64,000 nt of DNA, from positions 12,906-76,905 of the forward strand of contig JAQXUH010000054.1 in the NCBI GenBank assembly GCA_029219885.1. Direction: 5' to 3'. How positions within the stretch are numbered: position 1 is the first letter of the stretch; the number at the start of each line of letters is the position of its first letter. A model generated the notes under the pieces. The model did not search any database. It saw only the letters and a list, made by a program, of their open reading frames with translations, and was not told where the DNA came from. The position numbers and the translations under genes are program-made. Shown here in pieces: positions 10,873 through 21,310 of this stretch. The DNA comes from Eubacteriales bacterium (GTDB lineage Bacteria > Bacillota > Clostridia > Oscillospirales > Acutalibacteraceae).

Positions 10873-12018
10873 GTGAAAAAAGACAGAGTCGGATTTTTCG
10901 GCGGACTTGATTTTGTCACCTTGATTACCGCACTAATCGGCTCCTGCTACGGTCTTGCACTTGTATACAGTGCCAGCTATTCACGTCTTGACGAAGGTCA
11001 AATCATAACAAGTGATGTCAGAAGTATGCTTGTTTCGGTTACTGCCGGCATTGTTATGGCACTGATTGTATGTAATATCGACTATGAAATAATATCAAAG
11101 CTGTGGCCTATTATCGCCGCAGGATGTATAGGACTTATGCTGATTACTCTGTTTTTCGGTAAGGCAGTAAATCCCGACAGACCTGACGCTAAATCATGGC
11201 TTGACTTTAAGGTTTTCACCTTTCAGACATCAGAGCTTTTAAAGGTCGGCTTTATTATTTCGTTCTCATATCATCTTGATATGGTAAAAGACCACATAAA
11301 CAGGCTTAAGACTATTATTCCTTTAGTAATTCACGGAATGATTCCCATTGCACTTGTCATTGCAACCGGTGACTCGGGCTCAGCACTTATTTTCCTTATA
11401 ATGTTTATAGGAATGTTGTTCTTTGCCAAGGTTAATATAGGATATTTTATCGCAGGAATTTGTGCGATAATAGTCGGTTTTGTTGGTGCTTGGAACTTAG
11501 GAATAATCAACGGCGTACAGCGTGAAAGAATTACAGCGTTGTTTTATCCCGAGCTTTATGAAGACGTATTGTATCAGCAGACTAACGGTAAAATTGCTAT
11601 CGGCAGCGGTGGCTGGTTCGGTGAGGGATATCTCAACGGCAGTATGACCCAAAGCGGTCAGGTTCCTGTAAACGAAAACGATATGATACTTACTGTTGCA
11701 GGTGAAGAATTCGGTTACATAGGTGCTCTTGCGGTGATTGTTCTTCTTATGATTTTGATTTTAAGAATGATTTCTACCGGAATTAAAGCAAGAGATAATG
11801 TAGGTTATTTAATGTGCAGCGGTATTGCGGTAATGCTTTTTGCTCAAACAATTATCAATATCGGAATGGAGCTTTCACTTCTTCCTTGTATCGGTATTAC
11901 ACTTCCGCTTTTCTCATCAGGCGGTTCATCTTCCCTTTGTATTTATCTTGCACTCGGCATTGAAATGAGTGTCTATAGATTTTCAAAATCTCAGCAAAAG
12001 GCGTTATTCTACACTTAA
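10873..12018 (+). CDS. FtsW/RodA/SpoVE family SEDS glycosyltransferase
   Basis: AKSWL, FQTSELLK, AIGSGG, EEFG, GITLPLFSSGGSS. Confidence 0.9.
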   Translation: MKKDRVGFFGGLDFVTLITALIGSCYGLALVYSASYSRLDEGQIITSDVRSMLVSVTAGIVMALIVCNIDYEIISKLWPIIAAGCIGLMLITLFFGKAVNPDRPDAKSWLDFKVFTFQTSELLKVGFIISFSYHLDMVKDHINRLKTIIPLVIHGMIPIALVIATGDSGSALIFLIMFIGMLFFAKVNIGYFIAGICAIIVGFVGAWNLGIINGVQRERITALFYPELYEDVLYQQTNGKIAIGSGGWFGEGYLNGSMTQSGQVPVNENDMILTVAGEEFGYIGALAVIVLLMILILRMISTGIKARDNVGYLMCSGIAVMLFAQTIINIGMELSLLPCIGITLPLFSSGGSSSLCIYLALGIEMSVYRFSKSQQKALFYT

Positions 12019-12033
12019 TGTTGACAATATTGC

Positions 12034-12071
12034 AAAAAAATCAGGACTGAAACAATCAGTCCTGATTTTTT
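12034..12071. terminator. Bidirectional intrinsic terminator
   Basis: AAAAAATCAGGACTGA-ACAA-like loop-TCAGTCCTGATTTTTT. Confidence 0.85.
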
Positions 12072-14646
12072 ATTTCGCTTTTGTATTTTTATTATCTTTG
12101 GGCACTCTTCCGTGGTATATAGCATTTGAAATATTAAGCGGTGACAGAAACACTTTGTATTTATTAAAGGAATTATAAATAATATCCTTTGACGGCTTAA
12201 TGTCGCTGAGACTGAAAATTCTGATACCCTCCGCCTGCTCACGAGGAGAAAGTGACGGGTCACGCTTAACTCTTACATTTTTAGAAACATTCGGAATAAT
12301 ATCAAAGAAGTTATCAGAAAACGGCTCGGAAGAATTTAGACTTTCAAGTTTAACAAATCTTGCAAATTTATCGGACGAAACATCAATATCCAAATAATCA
12401 TCGCAGATTTTGATTTTACATTTAAGCTTAGCTTTCGGAAGTGAAAGGTTCTTTTCTTTATCAAAAAGATAAATCTTTTCATTAGCACAGGAGCCTAAAT
12501 AATTAACAGCAATTCTAATTCCTGTTCGCTTTAAATCATATCTGCTCTTAAGCTCGTCAACATCAATTCTGTAAACATACGAGCTTCTGCAAGATTTTGC
12601 CGTAATTCTGCGTCTGTAACTCTCAACAACACCCTTTTCAAAATCAAAAATTTCAACCTTAATATTAACGCCGAAACGGTGAGGATAATCGTTGATTAAG
12701 TAAACTTTAAGCAGATTTTCGCCGTTTTTCTTGACGTTTTCAGCGGATATTGAAAGAGGAGCATTAAACATACGTGCTTTATACTGAAGTGCTTTATAAT
12801 TGCCGTAATAGTCAATACCGGACCAAGAACAGCAAGGCCAGCAGTCATTAAGCTGCCAGTACATTGCACCATGACACCTGTCTCTGTTTCTTCTCCAATG
12901 CTCTGTTGCATCGGAAATACATTCTTGCTGAGTTATCTGTGAAAGATAAATATAATCGACAAAACGCTCAGGAAGATTAAATCTTGACGCTATGTAATAA
13001 ACCATTTTGTCATTGCCGTTGGCACATTTTTGGTGTGCTTTGAAAACAGGACTTGAAAGTGAATAGTCCTTTGGCTCAGCAAATGTTTTAATGGTCTTTA
13101 AATCAGGCAGGCTTTCAAAACCGAACTCACTGCAAAAGCGTGTCATACGTTTGCGATAATAGTCCATAGGCTGAAGTCCGTGCCAAACGCCCCACAAATG
13201 AGTATCGCCAACATTATCGCTTTGAACGCCTACATTGTGAGATGTACCGATTGGAGAGCCCGGAATATACGGCGTATAAATATCATACTTTCTGATTTCC
13301 GGCTCAAGAATATGATAGAAAAACTTCTCTGTATAATCAACATACTTCTTCATATGAGCCCAGGACATATGCATATCCTCAATCTCGTTATTACCGCACC
13401 ACAATGCAAGAGACGGATGATTAACAAGACGCTGAACATTGTCGGAAACTTCCCTCTTTACATTTTCAAGGAAGCTGTCATCAAAGAAGGGATACGCCTG
13501 GCAAGCAAATTGAAAATCTTGCCATATGAGAATACCTCTCTCGTCGCACATATTGTAAAGCTCGTCGCTGCCGTAATATCCGCCGCCCCAAACACGAATC
13601 ATATTCATATTTGAAAACTGAACAGCGTCAAGAAGCTTGGAAAGCTTATCGCCGTCAAATCTTGTTATAAAGCTATCAGGCGGAATAAGATTTGCACCCT
13701 TAATGAAAAGCGGTACGCCGTTGAGCTTAAACTGAAAATTCTGTCCGTATTCATCATCACTTCTGTCAAGCTCAATTGTTCTTAAACCTATCTTCTGTAT
13801 TCTCTTATCAATAAGGCCTAATTCGTCATCATAAATTCTTGCCTCAACAGTATATAAAGGCTGCTTGTCCTTACCTGAAAGCTCTTTAGTCCACCATAAC
13901 TGCGGATTAGGAATTCTGACAGAGGCACTTCTGCCTTTTTCGCTGTAAAGCTCATTTCCGTCAGGGTCACGAATTATTATCCAGCCGTGAGTTACAGGAG
14001 CGGAATAGTTTCTTACACGCAGACGAACATCAACAGTAACCAAACCCTTTCTATGGTACTGTTCAACCTGAACTCTTATAATCTCTGCACCTTTTAAAAA
14101 TTCAAGACGGATACTGCCTGTAATACCGCTTACAGGAAGATTCGGTCCCCAATCCCAACCGAAATGGCATTGTGGCTTTCTTATATGAACAATTCCGTTA
14201 AGTCCGTTTGAATTAATCGGTGTAGGGCAAGCATTTCTTTTTTCTTTAACATAATTAACAGGAGAATAGAAAACAAACCTGATTGAATTTTCTCCGACGA
14301 AAAGATAGCTTTTAATATCCTGTCTGTATCGGCAGAAACAGTTTTCGCTGTGACCGATAAACTGACCGTTTACGAAGATATCGCAAATAGTATCTAATCT
14401 GTCGCAGGTTAAGTAGACACGCTTGTTATTAAGCTCTTCTTCTGTAAGGACAAAATTTCTTGTGTATTCCCAATCTGTTTCAGATACCCACTGACTTTCG
14501 CTTTCGTTCAATCCTTTAAAAGGGTCAGAAATCATATTTTCATTTAATAAATCGAGATAATTACATCCCGGAACAACAGCATTACGCCACTTGCTGTCCC
14601 CTATTTTACGAAATTTCCATTTTCCCTCTAAGGACTTTGTTTCCAT
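12070..14646 (-). CDS. GH2 beta-mannosidase-like glycoside hydrolase, no signal peptide
   Basis: RKPQCHFGWDWGP, RVWGGG, WCGNNE, FCSEFG, YWQLND. Confidence 0.88.
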   Translation of the reverse strand: METKSLEGKWKFRKIGDSKWRNAVVPGCNYLDLLNENMISDPFKGLNESESQWVSETDWEYTRNFVLTEEELNNKRVYLTCDRLDTICDIFVNGQFIGHSENCFCRYRQDIKSYLFVGENSIRFVFYSPVNYVKEKRNACPTPINSNGLNGIVHIRKPQCHFGWDWGPNLPVSGITGSIRLEFLKGAEIIRVQVEQYHRKGLVTVDVRLRVRNYSAPVTHGWIIIRDPDGNELYSEKGRSASVRIPNPQLWWTKELSGKDKQPLYTVEARIYDDELGLIDKRIQKIGLRTIELDRSDDEYGQNFQFKLNGVPLFIKGANLIPPDSFITRFDGDKLSKLLDAVQFSNMNMIRVWGGGYYGSDELYNMCDERGILIWQDFQFACQAYPFFDDSFLENVKREVSDNVQRLVNHPSLALWCGNNEIEDMHMSWAHMKKYVDYTEKFFYHILEPEIRKYDIYTPYIPGSPIGTSHNVGVQSDNVGDTHLWGVWHGLQPMDYYRKRMTRFCSEFGFESLPDLKTIKTFAEPKDYSLSSPVFKAHQKCANGNDKMVYYIASRFNLPERFVDYIYLSQITQQECISDATEHWRRNRDRCHGAMYWQLNDCWPCCSWSGIDYYGNYKALQYKARMFNAPLSISAENVKKNGENLLKVYLINDYPHRFGVNIKVEIFDFEKGVVESYRRRITAKSCRSSYVYRIDVDELKSRYDLKRTGIRIAVNYLGSCANEKIYLFDKEKNLSLPKAKLKCKIKICDDYLDIDVSSDKFARFVKLESLNSSEPFSDNFFDIIPNVSKNVRVKRDPSLSPREQAEGIRIFSLSDIKPSKDIIYNSFNKYKVFLSPLNISNAIYHGRVPKDNKNTKAK

Positions 14647-14701
14647 AAAAATATCCCTCTAATGTTAAATAGTATTACTTCCCATAGTAAACAATAACAA
14701 T

Positions 14702-14730
14702 ATTATACAATAATTAAAAGATAAATTCAA
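14702..14730 (-). promoter_or_regulatory. sigma-A-type promoter of the GH2 gene
   Basis: TTGAAT-17-TATAAT. Confidence 0.55.
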
Positions 14731-14781
14731 TAGTTTCTGTTATAAAAATTTACATTTAAAGTACTCCCTAAAAAACACAAA

Positions 14782-14801
14782 ATTGCGGTACAAACCGCAA
14801 T
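14782..14801 (-). terminator. Intrinsic terminator after the subtilase-LRR gene
   Basis: ATTGCGGT-ACAA-ACCGCAAT, T-rich tail on the minus strand. Confidence 0.6.
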
Positions 14802-14816
14802 AATGTGACAATTATT

Positions 14817-17122
14817 TTACGAAGAAAGACGTTTTAAAACGGCGCAGTCCTTAGCATTTATAACACCATCATTCTCAAATTCAAACAAGAAACCAAGTTC
14901 ATCGCAATCGGGCGATTTGTTTATCAAGCTACTATCCCACATAGAGTTTATCTGCTTTGCAGGGTATGTCACTTTTTCGCCAAGTTCTTCATCTTTGTAT
15001 GTAATCTTTCCATAGGCTGATGACACAAAGCTGTAATTAAATGAAAGAATTACCGGGATACTTTTTGACTTCGAGTAGATATACATTGCAGTTGATGTAT
15101 TTGGAGTATATACAGTTAAATTGCTGCACCCATTAAATGTATTATCAGCAAAGGAAATATTATCATCAGTAGTTTTGACAAGTTTAAGATTTTCACAGCC
15201 ATAAAACGCTTGATTATCAATTTCATTCAATGTGCCGAGTTTTGCTGTTTTAAGTGAAGTGCAGTTTTTAAACAATCCTGTATTTGCATATGTTAAATTC
15301 GGCATTTCAACATTTTCTAAATTTCTGCATTCATAAAATGCGTACATATCACAAGCGTCAACACCCGGCGCGATTACCTCTTTTAAATTAGGGCAGTTTG
15401 CAAAAGCAAATCGGTCTATTTCTTTAACACTTTCAGGCAATATGATTTTTTCAACGGCTTTATTGCCGATAAAACACCAATCTCCTATTTCCTGTACCTC
15501 AACTCCATTTATTGTTTCCGGCACTTCTATTACTTTTTGGTCAATGAATTGGCATCTGTCAATTTTGTTATATTGCTGAGTTGATGACGATTCGGTTAAA
15601 CGGTATCCGCTTTCGTTACTGTACGCAGGTGCAGCGAAATACACTACTTTCTTTTCCTTGCCTGGAGCATAAGCGACGGCGGCTATTTTTTGCCATTTTG
15701 AAAGACTTACCGTATCTCCCAAATTGTATTGATATTCACTTGAACCTGTCATTTCTTTATACGGAATTCTCGGCAAACTGCCAAGTCCGAGTTCATAATA
15801 TATTCGCACATTTTCATCATTACTTGAAAAAGAAATATCAGAATAACCTGTAGATTCATTTTTTGTAACGGTATAATCTAATTCTACTTGTTCTAATTCT
15901 TTGCCAAGCAGTTTTTTGACACAACCGTATGCATCTGCGATAAGTCTATGTTCGTCAGTAATATTCTCTTCATAAGTTGAATAACCTGTCTCACGCAGCA
16001 ATTCTCTTATTTCTTCGACAGTTATATCAGGCTTGGCAGTAACAAGCAACGCACATATCGAAGCAACCATAGGGGAGGCAGCCGATGTACCGCTAAATGT
16101 TGTTGACACTCCTGTGTTGTCATAACTATTAACATTCACTCCATAAGAATAAATATCCACCACTTCACCAAAATTACTTGATGCTGCAATTTTTCGGTTA
16201 CTCATAACAGAACCGACCGCAATCGAATTTTTCAATGTAGCAGGGTAATAATAAGTTTCGGTTATATCTTTAGAATCGTTTCCTGCAGAGCAAACTATAA
16301 TGACACCCTGTGAAGTTGCATAATTTGCCGCTTCTATCATAGCAGTTGACTTTTTCACTTGTTTAGATGAATAACTACTATTAATAATTTTACAACCTTC
16401 TGATACAGATAAATAAATTGCAGAAATAAAGTTTGAAAACGAACCGCTTACGCCATCAAAAAACTGGTATGAATACAATCTGACATAATCAAGAGAATTT
16501 TGAATTATGATTCCAGCTACTTTTGTGCCATGTCCTTGACCATCTTGTGTGCCATCCGATGAATGGTCTTCAAGATATGAGTATCCGCCATCCAATCGAC
16601 TTTTAGTGATTTTCGTTTTTGCTATTCCTGAGTCTATAACAGCCACACGAATTTCAGGAGTTGGTATATTTTCTTTTTCTAATAGTTTTATTGCATCGTC
16701 AATATTTTGGTTTGCCGTACTATAGCAGTTATTCGTAAAACTATAATCGAATCGGAAGTGCTGCATAAACCTTCTTCAATTTCAGCATCATATTCAACAT
16801 AATTCACATAGGGTAAGGAATTATAATAATCATATGCTTCATCAGCCGATTTGGCACTTGGGAACTGAAGAACATAAAGTCCTTCAATTCCCGTTGCAAC
16901 ATCAACAGCATTCATATAATCAATATCCTTATCAGCACTAACAATTAACCGCGTTGAAACATCATACTCGGAAATGCTCATTTCTTTTATCTCGTCAGCA
17001 AATTGATATGCTTCTTCTTTTGTGATTTTGGGAGTAGATTTTCCAAACTCATTTGCAACCAAAGTAAGCGTACAAGGAAGAATTAATAAGATAGATAATA
17101 TTATAGATAAAAACTTTTTCAT
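14817..17122 (-). pseudogene. Secreted S8 subtilase + BspA-type LRR protein split by a frameshift near 16750
   Basis: ORF 16688..17122 has signal peptide and prodomain; ORF 14817..16766 has VAVIDSG, GHGTKVAG, SGTSAASP and LRR_5 repeats but no signal peptide. Confidence 0.8.
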
Positions 17123-17126
17123 ATTA

Positions 17127-17390
17127 TTAATTCCTTTCTTTATACAAAATGTAGTCTGCAAATCCCAACACGACTATAAAAAGCAAATTTGCGATTATGT
17201 AAATAATTTTGCTTTTAGGCTTGTAATCATAAATACAATAATTATACAGAAATACAAACGCTGCTGAAAATAAAACAGTAAAAACACTTTGATTTCTTTT
17301 GAAAAAGTCAAAACAGACTGTTAATGCTTTCAGCAAGCATAGAACGATAACACCTGACACGCCGAATATTGCCGAAATAATATAAAACAT
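17127..17390 (-). CDS. Small hypothetical membrane protein (about 3 TM)
   Basis: AGGTGA SD before ATG at 17390; hydrophobic; stop 4 nt before the subtilase start. Confidence 0.55.
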   Translation of the reverse strand: MFYIISAIFGVSGVIVLCLLKALTVCFDFFKRNQSVFTVLFSAAFVFLYNYCIYDYKPKSKIIYIIANLLFIVVLGFADYILYKERN

Positions 17391-17433
17391 AAAAATCACC
17401 TGCTATCAGCTGATAAAAATATAGTCTCAAATG

Positions 17434-18114
17434 CTATGAAATCTCTTTCTTCTCATAATAAGTGCCGTCGTCTTTTATCAAAATCTTTGTGTGAACGAAA
17501 ATAAAAATAGCAAGCCTTATAATTTGATAACCAATAAGTATCCAAAATCCAATTATCTCCAATGTTGAAAAATCGTCAAAAAAGCCCATATCGCTGTTTA
17601 CATCAAAGGACAGCATTATAACAAGTAATATTGAAAGCATCAAAAGCGAATTGCAGACAGTCTGGCAGAATATACTGCTGAAATAAAAGCTAAACCGTCT
17701 TTTTCTCGGAATTAAAGTAGAATGTTTTTCGTTCTTCACTTTGCTGTCAGATGAGCTTTGAATAATAAATCTTCCATTTTGAATAAAGCTCAGTTCTTTT
17801 TCCTTTTCAACGCAAACAAACAGTGAAATGTCATTTCCTGCACGAGTTTCAGCGTAATACTGACAATAAATATTCGTAGGCCAGAAATACAGTTCGCCGA
17901 ATTCAAAGCCAAAATCTAAATATGAAAACAGCTTTTTCAGTTTACAACAGCCGTTATCGTTTTGACATACATAAATACGCAGTTTTTCTTTTTCTTCGCT
18001 TTCGTAAATATATGTACTTTTTGTTTTGCCTTTTTCAACAGGAACGAGCATTTTTCCGTTGACATATAAGTCAATATTATAATTGTAGTGAGAAACTGAG
18101 ATATTAGTTACCAT
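17434..18114 (-). CDS. Hypothetical protein with two C-terminal TM helices
   Basis: 226-aa ORF, soluble N-terminal part, two hydrophobic segments. Confidence 0.6.
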   Translation of the reverse strand: MVTNISVSHYNYNIDLYVNGKMLVPVEKGKTKSTYIYESEEKEKLRIYVCQNDNGCCKLKKLFSYLDFGFEFGELYFWPTNIYCQYYAETRAGNDISLFVCVEKEKELSFIQNGRFIIQSSSDSKVKNEKHSTLIPRKRRFSFYFSSIFCQTVCNSLLMLSILLVIMLSFDVNSDMGFFDDFSTLEIIGFWILIGYQIIRLAIFIFVHTKILIKDDGTYYEKKEIS

Positions 18115-18140
18115 AGGTTATTTTCCAATCGTATGAAAAT

Positions 18141-18628
18141 TTACTGATTTAGTTTTTTTAATTTATAATGTTCAACACCGAACAAGCCTTTATACTCATT
18201 GACATAAACTGCATCGCCCTCAGCAAAATTTTCAAAAATCAAATATTTTTCAGTATAGCATTTTTCTACTCCGTTTTCGTCACAAAAGAAGTAGTATGAT
18301 TCAAAAGAGCCGTTACCCGGTCCGCTGTTAATTTCTGTTACATACGAATTTGTTACTTCGCTGTCAAAATTATTATTGATAAAAGTGTAGGTTTCATTAC
18401 TAAGAAAACATACAATACCAATAATTAATATTATCAATGGTATAAAATCTTTTGTAAAAAATTTTTTCCGAAAATAAACAGCAATAACAGCCCGGTACTT
18501 ACGCATATCATCAGATAAAAAAGCCAGTTTGTATAACCGCCTATAGCTATACCGTAAAATATAACTACAGCAATAATCAGTATAACAGATATAAATATTT
18601 TAATTAATCTTTTGGTAAGTTTGCTCAT
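18141..18628 (-). pseudogene. Hypothetical membrane protein split by a frameshift at an A6T6 run
   Basis: ORFs 18434..18628 and 18141..18506 overlap; a -1 shift at 18456-18467 joins LLLFIFGK to KFFTKDFIPLIILIIG. Confidence 0.6.
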
Positions 18629-18695
18629 ATCACTTTATATTATGGTTTGAAAATTTAAAAATCAGTTTTGTTATCTAAAAATACAATAATATGCT

Positions 18696-18743
18696 TTTCG
18701 CTCAAATTTATTATATCAAAAAGAAAAATAAATTTGAGCGAAA
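18696..18743. repeat. Perfect 17-bp inverted repeat with 14-bp spacer
   Basis: TTTCGCTCAAATTTATT (18696-18712) and AATAAATTTGAGCGAAA (18727-18743). Confidence 0.9.
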
Positions 18744-18782
18744 TTACAAAACTATGCTATAAAAATGACAAAATTATCAATA

Positions 18783-19811
18783 TCAATACTTATTATGAAC
18801 TCTTTCGGCAAAACAAAGAAAGTCTTTTATCCTGATAACTGTGCCGTCATCAAGAACAGCCTTACCTGTCATTCTACCGAATACCTGGTGCTGTGAAGTA
18901 AGAATAATATCAAGAACGCTTGTGTAGTCACTTCTGTCAATAATCGGTACGAAATTCATTTCAAATCGTCCGTCGGAAGAAGTAAAAGTCCAAGGGTCGA
19001 TAAAGTTATCGCTGATATTGAATTTAACATCATCGAATTTATGAGCCTTGCCGTCATAGAAAATAACATTTTCGCTGGCAGCACTTGTGTCACCGAAACC
19101 GTAGCCGATATTGAAACCGAAACGATGGCCGTCAACCATACCGGAGCCTGAGCCCCAATACCAAATATTATCGTAAGTCCAGACTCCTCTGCCCCAATCA
19201 AGTCCGCCGAAGTCTGTTTCAGGTGAAAGCTCATAGACCTTACCGTCATACATAACCTTACCGGAAGCAGGCATACAATTAATCTTTTGGTTGTAGTAGA
19301 AAGCCTTTTCATCGGTCTTCCAAGGTGTAGCAATAACCATAGTGTCCTGCGGCTCATTCAAAAGAGTGATGTTAGCTTTAAGTCCTTTACCGCCGTCAAA
19401 ATCAGGAAAATCGCAGCGAATAATACGTTTGTTGCCTTTAACTAAAAATTCACAAGCAAGCTTCTTGTTTCGCATCTTTACGTCGCCTGTTTCAGAGGTG
19501 GAAGGCATATGAAGTTTACCCATTGGAAATGGTGCCATACTTACAGTTGTATGGTCTTTGGCAGTATTAAAGTCAAGAAAGTTTACACTTTCAAGCTCAA
19601 GATATCCCAAATCGGAAACAGTAAAGCAAACGGCAATATTATTCTTGTTGGAAATAATATGGTAGTAGTCCCATTCCTTAATTCTTGTCTTGCGTTTTTT
19701 GATATCCTTGCGGTCATAAATCTGCACAAGACTCCTGCTCCAGCCCGGCTCTCTCAAAGTGCCCTTAGGTGTTAAAAGTCTGTTTCTTTCTGTTACTTCG
19801 TGATTTCTCAT
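18783..19811 (-). CDS. DUF2804 family protein
   Basis: RIKEWDYY, FYYNQKINC, LDWGRGVW, GFNIGYGFGD, HQVFG. Confidence 0.8.
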   Translation of the reverse strand: MRNHEVTERNRLLTPKGTLREPGWSRSLVQIYDRKDIKKRKTRIKEWDYYHIISNKNNIAVCFTVSDLGYLELESVNFLDFNTAKDHTTVSMAPFPMGKLHMPSTSETGDVKMRNKKLACEFLVKGNKRIIRCDFPDFDGGKGLKANITLLNEPQDTMVIATPWKTDEKAFYYNQKINCMPASGKVMYDGKVYELSPETDFGGLDWGRGVWTYDNIWYWGSGSGMVDGHRFGFNIGYGFGDTSAASENVIFYDGKAHKFDDVKFNISDNFIDPWTFTSSDGRFEMNFVPIIDRSDYTSVLDIILTSQHQVFGRMTGKAVLDDGTVIRIKDFLCFAERVHNKY

Positions 19812-19834
19812 ATTAATCAGCTCCTTTTAAGACG

Positions 19835-19910
19835 AGTATAGCATATTATACAGATTATTTCAATATTTTATACAATTATTGTTGCATTTGCCAATCTCAA
19901 GTGTTATAGT
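19835..19910. promoter_or_regulatory. Divergent sigma-A-type promoters (DUF2804 gene and gdhA)
   Basis: Minus TTGAAA-17-TATACT (19863-19835); plus TTGCAT-17-TATAGT (19882-19910); both have TG extension. Confidence 0.6.
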
Positions 19911-19947
19911 AAAAATGTGACATAGGCAAAAAAGGGGGCTTCATTCT

Positions 19948-21297
19948 ATGAATGAATATATTGAAAATGTCATAAAAACTGTTGAAAGAAGAGATAGTGC
20001 AAAACCTGAATACATACAGTGCGTTAAAGAGGTTTTCCGTTCTCTCGAAAAAGTAATTGAAGAGCATCCTGAATATGTTGAGGATGACCTGCTGACAAGA
20101 ATGGCAGAGCCCGACAGGCTTATTACTTTCCGTGTTGCGTGGGTTGACGATGCAGGAAAGACACAGATTAACAGAGGTTATCGTGTTCAGTTTAACTCCA
20201 GTATAGGCCCTTATAAAGGCGGACTGCGTTTTCATCCTAGTGTGAACTCGTCGATTATGTACTTTCTTGGTTTTGAGCAAACATTCAAAAACTCACTTAC
20301 AGGTCTTCCAATGGGCGGTGCAAAGGGCGGTTCCGACTTTGACCCGAGAGGAAAGAGTAAAGGCGAAGTAATGCGTTTCTGCCAAGCATTTATGACAGAA
20401 CTTTACAGACACATCGGTCCTAACGTTGACGTTCCTGCCGGTGATATCGGCGTCGGCTCTAGGGAAATCGGTTTTCTTTTCGGTCAGTACAAGAGAATTG
20501 CTGACGCTTTTGAAAACGGCGTTATTACAGGCAAAGGTCTTTCTTACGGTGGTTCCCTAATAAGACCTGAGGCTACAGGCTATGGTGCAGTTTACTACAC
20601 CTGTGAAGTCTTCAAGCACGAAGATGACAATATTAAGGGCAAGACATTTGCTATTTCAGGCTTTGGTAATGTTGCTTGGGGTGCATGCAAGAAGATTGCA
20701 GAGCTTGGCGGTATCCCGGTTACGATTTCAGGTCCTGACGGCTATGTATATGACAAGGACGGAATTATTACCGAGGAAAAGATTAATTATCTTCTTGAAA
20801 TGCGAGCATCAGGCAGAGACAGATGTGAAGATTATGCGGACAAATTCGGTGTACCTTTCTATAAAGGTCAAAAGCCTTGGGGTGTTAAGGTTGATGTTGC
20901 AATGCCTTGTGCTACTCAAAACGAGGTTGGTATTGCTGAGGCAAAGCAGATAGTAGCAAACGGCACGAAATATTATATCGAGGTTGCTAATATGCCAACT
21001 ACTGAAGAAGCTCTTAACTTCCTTATGGACAGAGATGATGTAATTGTCGCTCCGTCAAAGGCTGTTAATGCAGGCGGTGTTTGTGTTTCAGGTCTTGAAA
21101 TGAGCCAGAACAGCCAAAGACTTTCCTGGACAGCTGAAGAGGTTGACACAAAGCTTCACAATGCCATGATTGCTATTCATGAAAATTCAGTTAAGGCTGC
21201 TGAAAAATACGGCCTTGGATATAATCTTGTTGCAGGAGCTAATATTGCAGGCTTTGAAAAAGTCGCTCAGGCAATGATGGAACAAGGTATTTATTAA
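19948..21297 (+). CDS. gdhA: Glutamate dehydrogenase (NADP-specific GdhA type)
   Basis: GPYKGGLRFHPSV, MGGAKGGSDFDP, DVPAGDIGVG, RPEATGYG. Confidence 0.95.
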   Translation: MNEYIENVIKTVERRDSAKPEYIQCVKEVFRSLEKVIEEHPEYVEDDLLTRMAEPDRLITFRVAWVDDAGKTQINRGYRVQFNSSIGPYKGGLRFHPSVNSSIMYFLGFEQTFKNSLTGLPMGGAKGGSDFDPRGKSKGEVMRFCQAFMTELYRHIGPNVDVPAGDIGVGSREIGFLFGQYKRIADAFENGVITGKGLSYGGSLIRPEATGYGAVYYTCEVFKHEDDNIKGKTFAISGFGNVAWGACKKIAELGGIPVTISGPDGYVYDKDGIITEEKINYLLEMRASGRDRCEDYADKFGVPFYKGQKPWGVKVDVAMPCATQNEVGIAEAKQIVANGTKYYIEVANMPTTEEALNFLMDRDDVIVAPSKAVNAGGVCVSGLEMSQNSQRLSWTAEEVDTKLHNAMIAIHENSVKAAEKYGLGYNLVAGANIAGFEKVAQAMMEQGIY

Positions 21298-21310
21298 AAA
21301 TAGGTATAAC

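Noticed and set aside
17391-17456. In-frame upstream ATG interrupted by three stops, suggesting a third broken gene
   Set aside because: The ATG at 17390 has a good AGGTGA SD, so the gene is plausibly intact
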